A stretch of 63,998 bases of DNA, counting the filler, from an uncultured bacterium (GTDB lineage Bacteria > Auribacterota > CAZIXI01): assembly GCA_964543115.1 (NCBI GenBank). It is 4 parts of 4 records of this genome, joined end to end, with 100 filler letters (N's around TTAATTAATTAA, not from the genome) between each part and the next. Parts side by side here need not be neighbours in the genome. Positions count along the whole stretch, not along the records: positions 1 to 19,019 come from CAZIXI010000040.1; positions 19,120 to 38,056 come from CAZIXI010000041.1; 2 more parts are not named here. One strand, written 5' to 3'. The position numbers and the translations under genes were made by a program. Positions 9,528 to 19,293 of this stretch are shown one piece after another. Position 1 is the stretch's first letter; every line of letters begins with the position of its first letter. The notes below the pieces were generated by a model, which had not been told where the DNA came from, did no database searches, and saw only the letters and a list, made by a program, of their open reading frames with translations.

Positions 9528-10404
9528 TTACAAATCCGGTTACATTGCCGTTATCGGTAAACCAAACGTGGGCAAATCCACCATCGTTAACCGGCTGCTC
9601 GGGGAACGGCTGAACATTGTCACTCCCCGGCCGCAAACAACCAGGGACAATATCCTCGGCATTCTGACAACCGGCGATTACCAGATGATCTTTATTGATA
9701 CTCCCGGCATTCACCAGCCCAAAACACTTTTGGGAAAACATATGCTCACTCAAGCGCGCAATTCCCTCCGGGACGCGGATCTGGTCATTTTTGTGCTCGA
9801 GAGCTTGGGGATCAAAGACGAAGACAAACTGGTTGCCGAATTAATAAAAGGATTCAAAAAACCGGTATTCCTGCTCATTAACAAAGTAGATCTGGTGGAT
9901 AAAGCCGCTATATTACCCATAATCGACCAGGCCCAACACCTGCATGAATTCCGGGAAATTATCCCTGCTTCGGCAAACAAGGGCGATAACCTGGACCGGA
10001 TAAAAGAAAAACTTATTACTGCCCTCCCCGCCGGCCCACAGTACTATCCGGAAGACCAGCTTTCCGACAAGCAGGAAAGATTCTTTGTCACCGAAATGAT
10101 CAGGGAACAAACCCTGCGGCAATTGCGTGAGGAGATCCCCCATTCAGTGGCGGTTAAACTGGAAGAGATGAAGGACCGCTCCAAGGGTCTCAGTTATATT
10201 AAGGCCACCATTTATGTAGAGCGTGACAGCCAGAAAATGATTATTGTCGGTAAAAACGGCCAGCAGCTAAAAACAATCGGCAGCCAGAGCAGAAAGCACC
10301 TGGAAAAGTTCTTAAACAGAAAGGTATACCTGGATCTCTGGGTAAAGGTATTCAAAAACTGGCGCAAAGACCCCAAGGCCGTAAAAATGCTCGGCTACGG
10401 TTAA
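9511..10404 (+). CDS. era: GTPase Era
   Basis: GKPNVGKST, PQTTR, DTPG, NKVD, KH-domain EEIPHS...IVGKNG. Confidence 0.97.
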   Translation: MEEKSNYKSGYIAVIGKPNVGKSTIVNRLLGERLNIVTPRPQTTRDNILGILTTGDYQMIFIDTPGIHQPKTLLGKHMLTQARNSLRDADLVIFVLESLGIKDEDKLVAELIKGFKKPVFLLINKVDLVDKAAILPIIDQAQHLHEFREIIPASANKGDNLDRIKEKLITALPAGPQYYPEDQLSDKQERFFVTEMIREQTLRQLREEIPHSVAVKLEEMKDRSKGLSYIKATIYVERDSQKMIIVGKNGQQLKTIGSQSRKHLEKFLNRKVYLDLWVKVFKNWRKDPKAVKMLGYG

Positions 10405-10423
10405 TGCCGTTAAAGAAATTGCG

Positions 10424-10945
10424 ATGAAGATTATTTTAATCAAAACATTTTTGTTAATCATCTTTATAGCCGCTCTTAACAGCCCGCGATACGCGGGCGC
10501 AAGGAACTGGGGTGAACGAAAAAGCCCCTATAAACGCTACGACGCACGCCATCCCCGGCCGCCAAAGCCAAAGATAAAACACGTGCGCATGCCTGTTGGG
10601 GTTATTCACAGACACCCCGGAGATATTAATCAGGATGGCGTAGTAGATCAGAAAGATAAAGCCATCCACGCCCGTATTCGGCAGGAGAAAAAATATACAG
10701 CCAGCCACGATCTGAATAAAGACGGTAAAGTCGATTACCAGGATAAAATTATCTGGGTAAACAACCACTCCGGCTCTGGAAAGATAATCGTGGTTAAACA
10801 AGAAGAAGAGGATATGCTGGCAGACATTGACGTGAACAATGACGGAGTTATCGATCAAACCGACCTCAACGCCTGGCTGTCCGCTTATGATCTGGATGAG
10901 AACGGCGAGATAACCGCGGAAGAATTGATTGAACAAAAGCAATAA
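10424..10945 (+). CDS. Secreted EF-hand/dockerin-like Ca-binding repeat protein
   Basis: Signal peptide; four DxNxDG-type loops (DINQDGVVD, DLNKDGKVD, DVNNDGVID, DLDENGEIT). Confidence 0.8.
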   Translation: MKIILIKTFLLIIFIAALNSPRYAGARNWGERKSPYKRYDARHPRPPKPKIKHVRMPVGVIHRHPGDINQDGVVDQKDKAIHARIRQEKKYTASHDLNKDGKVDYQDKIIWVNNHSGSGKIIVVKQEEEDMLADIDVNNDGVIDQTDLNAWLSAYDLDENGEITAEELIEQKQ

Positions 10946-11026
10946 AGTGTTTGTTCTGGAACTATAATGTCAAGCGGCACTAACGGCATAAAAACCTCTA
11001 CGGTTATCATCAAATAAATATTGCCC

Positions 11027-14000
11027 CTAAACTGATAGCTCTATTGCCTCTAATTCTGGATTTGCTACTGGTAAGCGAAATACATCTAAAATTAAACCAT
11101 GCTGAACTGGATCTATACTTGGATGACTTACCTGGTCACGGAGAGCAACTAACTCAGCCAGAGAAAGACTTCTGTTAAATGCGCCGATAGCAACTAATAA
11201 TTCATTTGTTTCAGCAGTTCTCGCACGCACCTCTCCGCAAGAATCACTTGAACCAGAAACCAATTGATCCAGCGCTGCACCTTCTTCAAAATTTTCTATA
11301 AATGTCCCTTCAACTAAAAGCTTAATCGCTTCCGCACTACCAGCCCGTACATGGCCTTCTGGTGAAGACAGACCTTGAATAAGAATATCTAGAGGAATAC
11401 CTTCTTTTATTCTATCTATATCATCGTAATCAATAATCATCTCAAATGCCGCTGGAAACTGTCCAAGCGCCTCAGCACATCTGGCACGCATTTCACCCTC
11501 TGAATCACTTAGTCCCCTAATCAAATCAGCTAAAATAGAAGTATTCTCGATTTCTTCTCTAGTAATAACCTCCATCTTGATTGCTGAAGCAATTGCCTCA
11601 GCACATTTTATACGTATGGCTCCAACTGGATCAGTTAAACCTTTGATTAGTTCACCTAAAAGTTCCCTGCTTTCTGAATGCCTACAAGTAATAAGATATA
11701 CCTTTATTAATGAATTAATTGCCTCAATGCTGCCCTGCTTAAAATCCCCAGTAGAAGTAAAAGCAGAAACCAATTCAGCTAAAGGAATCCTTTCCTCAAC
11801 GTCTCCTCTATCAATAAGAGACGCCTCAACTAGTAACTCAATTACTCTAGCATTACCAGCACGAAGACTACCTTCCGTGCTGCATAACCCTTGAATAACT
11901 TCTTCTTGTGGTATTTTCCCTTTTAGCTCTTCTCCAGTAAAAACTCCGGCCTTAACTAACGAGACAATTCCTTCCGCACTTTGGGCACGTATCTTTCCGT
12001 CTTCATCTCTTAAGCCAGAAATACATCCATCTAAAACAGTTAAACAATCTAGGGCCATTTTAAGGTTTTCCGGTGTTGCCTTAACTAAGGCAGCAAGTTT
12101 TAAGTTACAAAAAGGCAGATTGCCTAATCCAGCTAAAAAGGCAAGCTTCCTGACAGACTTCAGCCCCGGCTTAACATCTCTTTTAAGATCCTTCAAATCA
12201 TATTCTATGCCTTTATCTTCAACCTTTTCTGCTAATTCAATATATAATTTCAATAAATCCTGCAGTTTTTTAGACGTAACTACTGTCTCCAGCCAATTTC
12301 CTACATCCATGCCTTGTTTTGTTAATTCACCAATAATAGATTTAAGATTACGTAAGATTTGTTCCCTAACCCCAGGACAAGGCCAACTACCGCAGGGTCT
12401 TGATTCATGCAGCACACATCTTGTTTGTGTTAGATAATTAGTTGACGGTGTTTGGACATCAATCACTTTACAACCATGCACAGTTTCTTCTTTCACATGG
12501 AAACGTGAAGTTCTTAGTTCATTCCCATAAGGGGATATTCGCTCAAATACAATTTCAGGCATACCAATAAGATCTCTGCCTATTTCTTTAATAGTTAAAG
12601 GAAAAGGCAATCTTTTTCCATCTTCAGTCTCATAATAAACCTTTTCTCCCGCCTCAGGCATATTTGCCGGCATTTCTAGATCCAGCACCTCAATATCATC
12701 GCGAGAAACCATAAACGGACATTTGGCCCATTTAGCTTCATTAGAAAACCAAAGAGGCGGGTCTTCTCTATCATCAAACAACTTATAGTTAGCCATGTAA
12801 TCAACTATCTCCACTCTAAACATCTCTCCATAGATAGGATCATTAACAACCTCAACAATTCTCCCTCTAAACACTATTCCCCGCTTATGTTTTATCGTAA
12901 ATAAATTCTCGGGATTTCCAGCAGATATATCCAGCACTACTGCTTTCGATTTTACCTCTGGCCTGTCAGGCACTAAATCTAATTCTAATTTTTCACCATT
13001 AATGCTAAATGGAATTTCAACACCATTAACAACAATTGCGTCTTCCCTCAATTCAAAATGCTCTGTATTTTTGCCTTCTAAACCAAATTCAAGTATTTCA
13101 TCGGCAGCTAATTCATAGAGGAATTCCCTCAATTCTCTAACTATAGTTAACCTATCGGCATGTAAAAATCTTATTGATGCAAATTCCCTGCCCAGCCGAT
13201 ACCATAAAGCCATACTTAAATATATAAAATTTATAAATTCTTCTTGCCTTTGAAATTCTTCCATAAACGAATGCCCATTCTCAAAACTTACCATTTCAGT
13301 AAAATCACAAATACGGTCTAAGATACCTTCATCTTGTGGAATCCCCTCATGGTCCCTAATGGATGTAACAACTTCATTAGCTTGAGGTGGTTCGAAACTT
13401 TTCAGGTAAAAGAATACACGTTTCCAGGCAGATTCTCGTTTTTCTTTTGTTAAACCCTCTTGTGCCCGGCAAATCATATCAGCAATAACATACTTTAAAA
13501 TCTTCGCTTTAGATCTAGGCTCTAGGAACACATCGCACACAAGTTCATCATCTGGATCTACACCTACAATAGAGTCAATAACATCCTTTTCCATAGATGC
13601 ACGCACCGCTGTGCTTGTATCAATATCATTCATAAAGCCAAAAGCTGCTTCTATTTCTTTATTTGTCATATCATCTGTTTCAGTAACTGCTTTTGGAAAT
13701 AGTTTTTTCCCTTCATTGGGGAATCTCAACCATTGTCCATGAACAGGAGGATAATTATCTCCTGGTTTTGTAATCCTAACTAAATTTCCGCGATCAAGCT
13801 TCGAGCCTGGATACGGTATGGCAACAAACCTAATAATCCTTAGTTCCGCATAAGGATACTTTTTATGGAGCCTTTCTACCCAGCGTACTGTCTTTAATAC
13901 ATCAACCCAATTTTGTCCCGGTAAACCAACCATAAGGTTAATATCTGTCTGCAGCCCAAGCCTAAGGGCTGTCTCTATCCCTGTAGTCGCTTCATCTGGA

Positions 14001-15385
14001 CGTAATCTCTTACCCAAATCTTTGGATAATTTTCGGCCTATTGTTTCAATACCCATACTAATTGATATTAAGCCTGCATCCTTCATTCGACTCAACAATT
14101 CTTCATCAATAGTATCAGCTCTGGTTTGCACCATCCATTCAAATTCAACTCCCTCCTCAGTTTTTAATTTTTCTAATAATTCCACAAACCGTTCCACCCT
14201 TCTTCTATTTGCAATAAAGGTTTCATCTTCAAATCTAAACTGTTCGATTTTATATTCTCTATAAAGGTATAGCATTTCGGCCACTACATCTTCAGCACTT
14301 CGAACCCTCATTTTTGGCACCATTGACTTTGAAGCACAAAAAACACAGTTAAATGGACACCCGCGTACAATGGAAATACGAGCCCATCTTTTTCTTGGAA
14401 GAGGCTTTGCTTGCCCCCCTAACATACGTCCTGTCGGCATTGTATATGTAATATGTAGTTTACCATCTATTACTTTTTCGGTTTTAACTCGTCCATCAAC
14501 CAGACATTCTCCCTCCGCATCTTCATCATCCTCTACTGCTGGTTGATCCTGATATTTTTCTACATCAAATAAATCCCAGCTATCTGCTGACCACGGATAA
14601 TCATCCAGATCAACTACAAATTTTCTTCGATCGTTCATTTGAAACTGCCCAAGCCCATTTTTGTAAGCACAGCCTTCTACATCCGTTAAATTAAGATCTC
14701 GTTTCTTGCGATCACAAAGAGAATATAATAAGGCAATTTCAGATACTGTTTCCTCGCCTTCACCAATAACCGACACTTCAGCCCCCAAATCCTCTATAGT
14801 CTTATGCGGTTCAACACTAGGATGAACACCACCAGCTAACCTTAAAGCATCAGGAACTACATCTTGGGATATTGCAAACACATCTCTCGCCTGTTCAATA
14901 GTTGTGGAAAAAATATTAACACCAATCATTTGAATACCACCTGTAGTTTCCCACTCAGAATTTAAATCTTTTAGATATCCTTCTAAATCAAATCCTTCAT
15001 CTTCAACATTCATATCCAAAATCTTAACATTGTGACCAGAAAACTCTACTGCTGTTTCATATTGAGGTTTTTGGGCTGATATAGCCCTTAAAAATTTCCT
15101 TTGAAAATCCTTTTTCCCCCTTAAGGCACTAGCCAGATAAGGTATTCCCAGGGGTAATGTTGTTGTTGTATACATATGCCCCTGTGCTGGCGGTATTACT
15201 AACAGAATATTTAGAGGTTGAGGTTTAACAGCAGGCTTCGCAACCAGTTCAGTGGGCAATGATGTCGGTGGAGCAAGACAATCCCTGTTTACTTCTGAAG
15301 ATACAACATCACGGTAAAGCGAAGTAATAAGCAGTATAGAACTAATAATAATATTTAATGCTTTAATTTTAATATGTTTATTCAT
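11027..15385 (-). CDS. Signal peptide + LAPPT motif, B12-binding radical SAM domain, C-terminal HEAT-like repeats, ending AIELSV
   Basis: PLGIPYLASALR and GGVHPS/IGEGEET (cobalamin-binding), RGCPFNCVFC triad, repeats GLxDxxGxxRxxxAEA. Confidence 0.85.
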   Translation of the reverse strand: MNKHIKIKALNIIISSILLITSLYRDVVSSEVNRDCLAPPTSLPTELVAKPAVKPQPLNILLVIPPAQGHMYTTTTLPLGIPYLASALRGKKDFQRKFLRAISAQKPQYETAVEFSGHNVKILDMNVEDEGFDLEGYLKDLNSEWETTGGIQMIGVNIFSTTIEQARDVFAISQDVVPDALRLAGGVHPSVEPHKTIEDLGAEVSVIGEGEETVSEIALLYSLCDRKKRDLNLTDVEGCAYKNGLGQFQMNDRRKFVVDLDDYPWSADSWDLFDVEKYQDQPAVEDDEDAEGECLVDGRVKTEKVIDGKLHITYTMPTGRMLGGQAKPLPRKRWARISIVRGCPFNCVFCASKSMVPKMRVRSAEDVVAEMLYLYREYKIEQFRFEDETFIANRRRVERFVELLEKLKTEEGVEFEWMVQTRADTIDEELLSRMKDAGLISISMGIETIGRKLSKDLGKRLRPDEATTGIETALRLGLQTDINLMVGLPGQNWVDVLKTVRWVERLHKKYPYAELRIIRFVAIPYPGSKLDRGNLVRITKPGDNYPPVHGQWLRFPNEGKKLFPKAVTETDDMTNKEIEAAFGFMNDIDTSTAVRASMEKDVIDSIVGVDPDDELVCDVFLEPRSKAKILKYVIADMICRAQEGLTKEKRESAWKRVFFYLKSFEPPQANEVVTSIRDHEGIPQDEGILDRICDFTEMVSFENGHSFMEEFQRQEEFINFIYLSMALWYRLGREFASIRFLHADRLTIVRELREFLYELAADEILEFGLEGKNTEHFELREDAIVVNGVEIPFSINGEKLELDLVPDRPEVKSKAVVLDISAGNPENLFTIKHKRGIVFRGRIVEVVNDPIYGEMFRVEIVDYMANYKLFDDREDPPLWFSNEAKWAKCPFMVSRDDIEVLDLEMPANMPEAGEKVYYETEDGKRLPFPLTIKEIGRDLIGMPEIVFERISPYGNELRTSRFHVKEETVHGCKVIDVQTPSTNYLTQTRCVLHESRPCGSWPCPGVREQILRNLKSIIGELTKQGMDVGNWLETVVTSKKLQDLLKLYIELAEKVEDKGIEYDLKDLKRDVKPGLKSVRKLAFLAGLGNLPFCNLKLAALVKATPENLKMALDCLTVLDGCISGLRDEDGKIRAQSAEGIVSLVKAGVFTGEELKGKIPQEEVIQGLCSTEGSLRAGNARVIELLVEASLIDRGDVEERIPLAELVSAFTSTGDFKQGSIEAINSLIKVYLITCRHSESRELLGELIKGLTDPVGAIRIKCAEAIASAIKMEVITREEIENTSILADLIRGLSDSEGEMRARCAEALGQFPAAFEMIIDYDDIDRIKEGIPLDILIQGLSSPEGHVRAGSAEAIKLLVEGTFIENFEEGAALDQLVSGSSDSCGEVRARTAETNELLVAIGAFNRSLSLAELVALRDQVSHPSIDPVQHGLILDVFRLPVANPELEAIELSV

Positions 15386-15448
15386 TATGATTTTTAGTTT
15401 CCCTTCAGATTTCCACTGTAACTATTGAAAAACCGTTCCTAATATAAA

Positions 15449-15464
15449 TGCAAGTATCATGCCA
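15449..15464 (-). promoter_or_regulatory. Sigma54 (-24/-12) promoter of the 11027-15385 gene
   Basis: TGGCATGATACTTGCA; GG-N10-GC spacing, 64 nt above the ATG. Confidence 0.75.
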
Positions 15465-15937
15465 GACACGGAAAAGGCCCGTAAGTCTTTTGTTTGCAAA
15501 ACATAGTGCCCTTAACAGCACTTTCTTTCACTCTAGGCAACGTTGACAAATCATCATATTTTTATGCTCTGACCATTGTCCTCCTGGACCCTTGCTCTAC
15601 CTGTAACAGCTCGATCCAGCCTGCTCTATTCTTGACCTTATTTATTTATAAATAGGGTCGTGCCAAGCTAAGCATTTGTTAATTAAAGCATTAAGTGAAT
15701 ATAAAGACGTAAAAATGGTCTTAGGATGTTTTTTAGGACCAGAAAAGGATGCTTAAGAACTAAAAGGCTTATTCTATGGAAAGTTAGTGATTGCAGATCA
15801 ATAGCTTAGACTAGTAAGACCACATTTATATCTCTCAGTAAAAGCTTACAATTACATTGCTGCGTATGAAAAATTCCGCTTGGTATTGATTTATTCTATA
15901 TTTCAGTTATATTGAAGATATAAGCTATAGGAGATAC

Positions 15938-18900
15938 ATGAATTGTATATTCAAAAACCATACTAAATTACGAATAAATATTGTTGCCTTAATCTTGGTA
16001 ATAAGTTTATTTTATCAGAATATCCTTTTTGCAAATACGTGTCTTATTTATCAATCCGCACTTGCCAGAGACACCCAACTAGACGAAGATGAGTTTAGAA
16101 GAGAATGGGGTAAGAGAGCCGGAGAAGATGAAACAGGTAAAAATGAATATAAGAGAGATTTGCAGGAGATTTTGTTTATTCATACATCTGACATAGCCCG
16201 GAGTGAAGTGCAGCCGCCTTTAGCTACTGCTTATTTAACGGCAGCAGTCAGAAACCGTTTTGGTCCTCGTCTTGGCATAAATGTTATTGATATGGGTTTA
16301 GAGCCGCCGGAATATGATGTCCGAGATTCACTGCTGTTGCAAAAACCTCAAGTAGTTTGTATTTCTATCCCCAGTTCTTTTGTGCTTCGTGATGCTGTCG
16401 CTTTAGCTTCGCGGACAAAGGAGCTGGCGCCAGAAACAATTATAATTGTCGGTGGGGTTTGTGCCTCGGTTGATCCAGAAGCAGTTATGGCCTATAAGTG
16501 TTTTGATATTTTAGTAAAAGGTGAAGGGGAAGTTCCCCTGGTGTCTCTTTTGGAAGCATTCTCTGCTGAGGGAAAGATTGACAATGTTAAAGGCATCTAT
16601 TATCGGGAGCAAGGAGAATTGATTTTTACGGGGCCGGGGGAGAGAATGTCGCTTGATGAGCTACCAGCTAATACCCTAGCTGAGTTGCCAATAGCGAATT
16701 ATGATCTTGCCAGCAGGCAAATGGTACCCGGAACAACTGAATTAGCCACACAACAGTTCTCCGGCGAACCATCGCTGCCAATTCTTGCCTCTCAAGGATG
16801 TCCCTACAAGTGCCGTTTCTGTTCCTACCCGCAAACTGTTTCATCAGGAAAAGTCAGGTTCAAAAGCCCGGAAAATGTTGTTGCCGAGTTAGAGGCCAAT
16901 ATCAAGGCATATGGTATCTATAATTTTACCTTTTATGATGATACATTTACGTTAAACAGGAAACGGGCGGAAAAAATATGCCGGCTGATAATAGAGAGAA
17001 GATTGCCTATTCGCTGGCGCTGTATGACTAGAGCCGATAAATTGGATGCTAAGCTATTACAGTTAATGCGGCGGGCTGGCTGTGTTTATATCTCTATGGG
17101 CCTGGAATGTGCCGATCCCGATGTTTTGACTGCGGCGAATAAGCGGATGAATCTGGATAGTTATCGGAGAATTTGGCAAGATGCCAAAAAGGCTGGTATT
17201 AGAATAAGAGTTTTCATCATGATCGGCTTACCATATCAAACCATGGAGAGTATTGAAAAGATAATTGAATTCTTGCGCGAAATACAACCAGATGAAATAG
17301 ATGTAGAGTATTTTGTCCCCTATATGGGCTCTGAATTCTGTCAGCATCCGGATAGCTGGGGCTTGGAAATATTGGAACCTGACCGAACAAGGTATAGGCA
17401 TCGAGATCCCCGAGGGCGAACGGGCGAGGTGCGGCCCGTTATCCAGACTAAGTGGATGACAAAAGACGAGATAATAGAAGCAAAAAGAATGATAACAAGT
17501 TACTATGAAGAATTAGTTCAGCAAGGTGGTCTTTGGTCTCCACGCGGAGAAGGTATGGTAACAGTACTTGAAACAAACTCTCTAGCGACAACAATGGTGA
17601 TAAGAAGACAGGGTGATCAATATTATCTGAGAAGAGAGGCTTCGCCAAGGGGAGAGGAGGCTATGCGAGGTGAGATTAATTGGCTAATGCATCATGGCGG
17701 ATATGATGGCACCTTGGGCACCTGGGTAACGAATTATTCGTTAGAGCCCGGAAACGTATTTTATGAAACAGGGCATCGTGAACCACAAATTATGGCTTTT
17801 AGAGAACGAATTGAAATAAGATCACGAACAGAAAGAGTACTTTCCCGGTATCTTGCAGCTAAAGAACTGAATGCTGAAGATACCGAATTTCTTATATCTC
17901 ATTACATTTCCAATACTAAAAATATGCTTGCCGATGGTGCTAGCGAAAGAAGTCCTAATGATATTTTACAAACAAGATTAATGCAATTGCGGCAAGCAGA
18001 TCCTAAGATCAGGAAATTGATTGCCGAGGGGATTCTATTTAGCGAGCAGCCGCTTCATTATATCTGGGAAGTTGTCCTTCCTTATTCTGAATGGATTGCC
18101 GGAGAAATAGAATTACGAAGAACTGGTCAAGACGAGGGAGCTTTGGTCTTGGGTCTTACAGGTGAACAGGGATTGGGCAAAACCACATTGAGTTTAGCGG
18201 CTAGTGTATTCCTTGAGCAAAACGGCTATTGCTCTGCCAGCGTTTCAATTGATGATTTTTATAAAACACATGATGAAAGAGAAGCATTGCGGGCAGAAGA
18301 ACCGAGATATAAATATCGAGGGGGAGCCTTTGGCGCCCATGATACTTTATTAGCTGAAACAACTCTATTGTTGTTGAAACATAAAGATGAAAGAGAAGCG
18401 GTCAGCATCCCTAAATTTGATAAGTCATTGAAAGAGGGTAGCGGGGACCGCTTGCCCCGCGGGCAGTGGCCAATCGTTGAAGGGAAAATAGATGTGATTT
18501 TCTTTGAAGGTTGTGGTATCGGGTCAGAACCTGTTGCTGCAGATGAATTATCTAGACCAATAAATCATCTTGAACGGTCTGCTGGCAGCGATGAGGAAGA
18601 AATCAGGTTTCGTCAACGCTCAAACAGTGAACTTGGCTCTTACCAGCAGTTATTTTCTCTGGTTGATAAATTAGTAGTTATGCATACCCCTAACTTAGGG
18701 AATAGTTATCGCTGGCGGCAGATGCAGGAAGACCGTTTGCTTGCTCGTTCTGGTACAGCAATGAGTCCGGCCACGGTAAGAGATTATGTGGATTATTGTC
18801 TGCCGACTGTACAGCGCTATGTCTACCCGCTTGGAGAAAGGTCTATTGATAAAGCAGATTTAGTTTTTACTTTTGGGAACGATCATAGATTAGCTTCTGT

Positions 18901-18970
18901 ATTTTTAAAAGACAATAGCAAAAATGAACCTGCCAGAAATCCAAGAGCAGCGATTGGCTCTTCAGTTTAA
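15938..18970 (+). CDS. Signal peptide + LARDT motif, B12-binding radical SAM domain, GLYK-type (D-glycerate 3-kinase-like) P-loop kinase, ending AIGSSV
   Basis: QPPLATAYL, GGVCAS, GEGEVP, SQGCPYKCRFC triad; GEQGLGKTT, SIDDFY, RGGAFGAHD, IPKFDKSL..GSGDR, FFEG. Confidence 0.85.
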   Translation: MNCIFKNHTKLRINIVALILVISLFYQNILFANTCLIYQSALARDTQLDEDEFRREWGKRAGEDETGKNEYKRDLQEILFIHTSDIARSEVQPPLATAYLTAAVRNRFGPRLGINVIDMGLEPPEYDVRDSLLLQKPQVVCISIPSSFVLRDAVALASRTKELAPETIIIVGGVCASVDPEAVMAYKCFDILVKGEGEVPLVSLLEAFSAEGKIDNVKGIYYREQGELIFTGPGERMSLDELPANTLAELPIANYDLASRQMVPGTTELATQQFSGEPSLPILASQGCPYKCRFCSYPQTVSSGKVRFKSPENVVAELEANIKAYGIYNFTFYDDTFTLNRKRAEKICRLIIERRLPIRWRCMTRADKLDAKLLQLMRRAGCVYISMGLECADPDVLTAANKRMNLDSYRRIWQDAKKAGIRIRVFIMIGLPYQTMESIEKIIEFLREIQPDEIDVEYFVPYMGSEFCQHPDSWGLEILEPDRTRYRHRDPRGRTGEVRPVIQTKWMTKDEIIEAKRMITSYYEELVQQGGLWSPRGEGMVTVLETNSLATTMVIRRQGDQYYLRREASPRGEEAMRGEINWLMHHGGYDGTLGTWVTNYSLEPGNVFYETGHREPQIMAFRERIEIRSRTERVLSRYLAAKELNAEDTEFLISHYISNTKNMLADGASERSPNDILQTRLMQLRQADPKIRKLIAEGILFSEQPLHYIWEVVLPYSEWIAGEIELRRTGQDEGALVLGLTGEQGLGKTTLSLAASVFLEQNGYCSASVSIDDFYKTHDEREALRAEEPRYKYRGGAFGAHDTLLAETTLLLLKHKDEREAVSIPKFDKSLKEGSGDRLPRGQWPIVEGKIDVIFFEGCGIGSEPVAADELSRPINHLERSAGSDEEEIRFRQRSNSELGSYQQLFSLVDKLVVMHTPNLGNSYRWRQMQEDRLLARSGTAMSPATVRDYVDYCLPTVQRYVYPLGERSIDKADLVFTFGNDHRLASVFLKDNSKNEPARNPRAAIGSSV

Positions 18971-19019
18971 TTTAACTATATAAATCATATATATTTACGC
19001 CGATTCTAAGCTGATAGAA

Positions 19020-19119
19020 NNNNNNNNNNNNNNNNNNNNNNNNNNNNNNNNNNNNNNNNNNNNTTAATTAATTAANNNNNNNNNNNNNNNNNNNNNNNNN
19101 NNNNNNNNNNNNNNNNNNN
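19020..19119. other. Assembly gap with artificial linker
   Basis: N runs around TTAATTAATTAA (19064-19075), stops in all six frames. Confidence 0.98.
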
Positions 19120-19237
19120 AAGCAATCATTATTTTACGGCCCATTAACTGGGAGAGGGCAATCGCCGCGTGCCCGGACCCGATATTCCCCGCCTCTAACA
19201 ACGCGCTCTTCTGCATTTCCGTCATCTCCATATTCAT
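19120..19237 (-). CDS. cheC: CheC-family phosphatase, 5' part only (cut by gap)
   Basis: MNMEMTEMQKSALLEAGNIGSGHAAIALSQLMGRKIMIA; GAGGAGG SD. Confidence 0.9.
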
Positions 19238-19252
19238 TAAAGCCTCCTCTTT

Positions 19253-19293
19253 TAGTTCGGAGTATTTTTCTCCCAACGCCCAACTCCGAACTA
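19253..19293. repeat. Inverted GTTCGGA-type heptamer pair between kinase and cheC
   Basis: TAGTTCGGAGT (19253-19263) and ACTCCGAACTA (19283-19293); same unit at 21596 and 35002. Confidence 0.7.

Noticed and set aside
15640..15937. Sigma54 promoter for the 15938 gene
   Set aside because: TGGCAC and TGG...TTGC fragments occur but none has GG-N10-GC spacing on the correct strand.
19064..19075. TTAATTAATTAA as a biological motif, and operons spanning the gaps
   Set aside because: The same six-frame-stop linker sits in all three N gaps; it is an artificial contig join.
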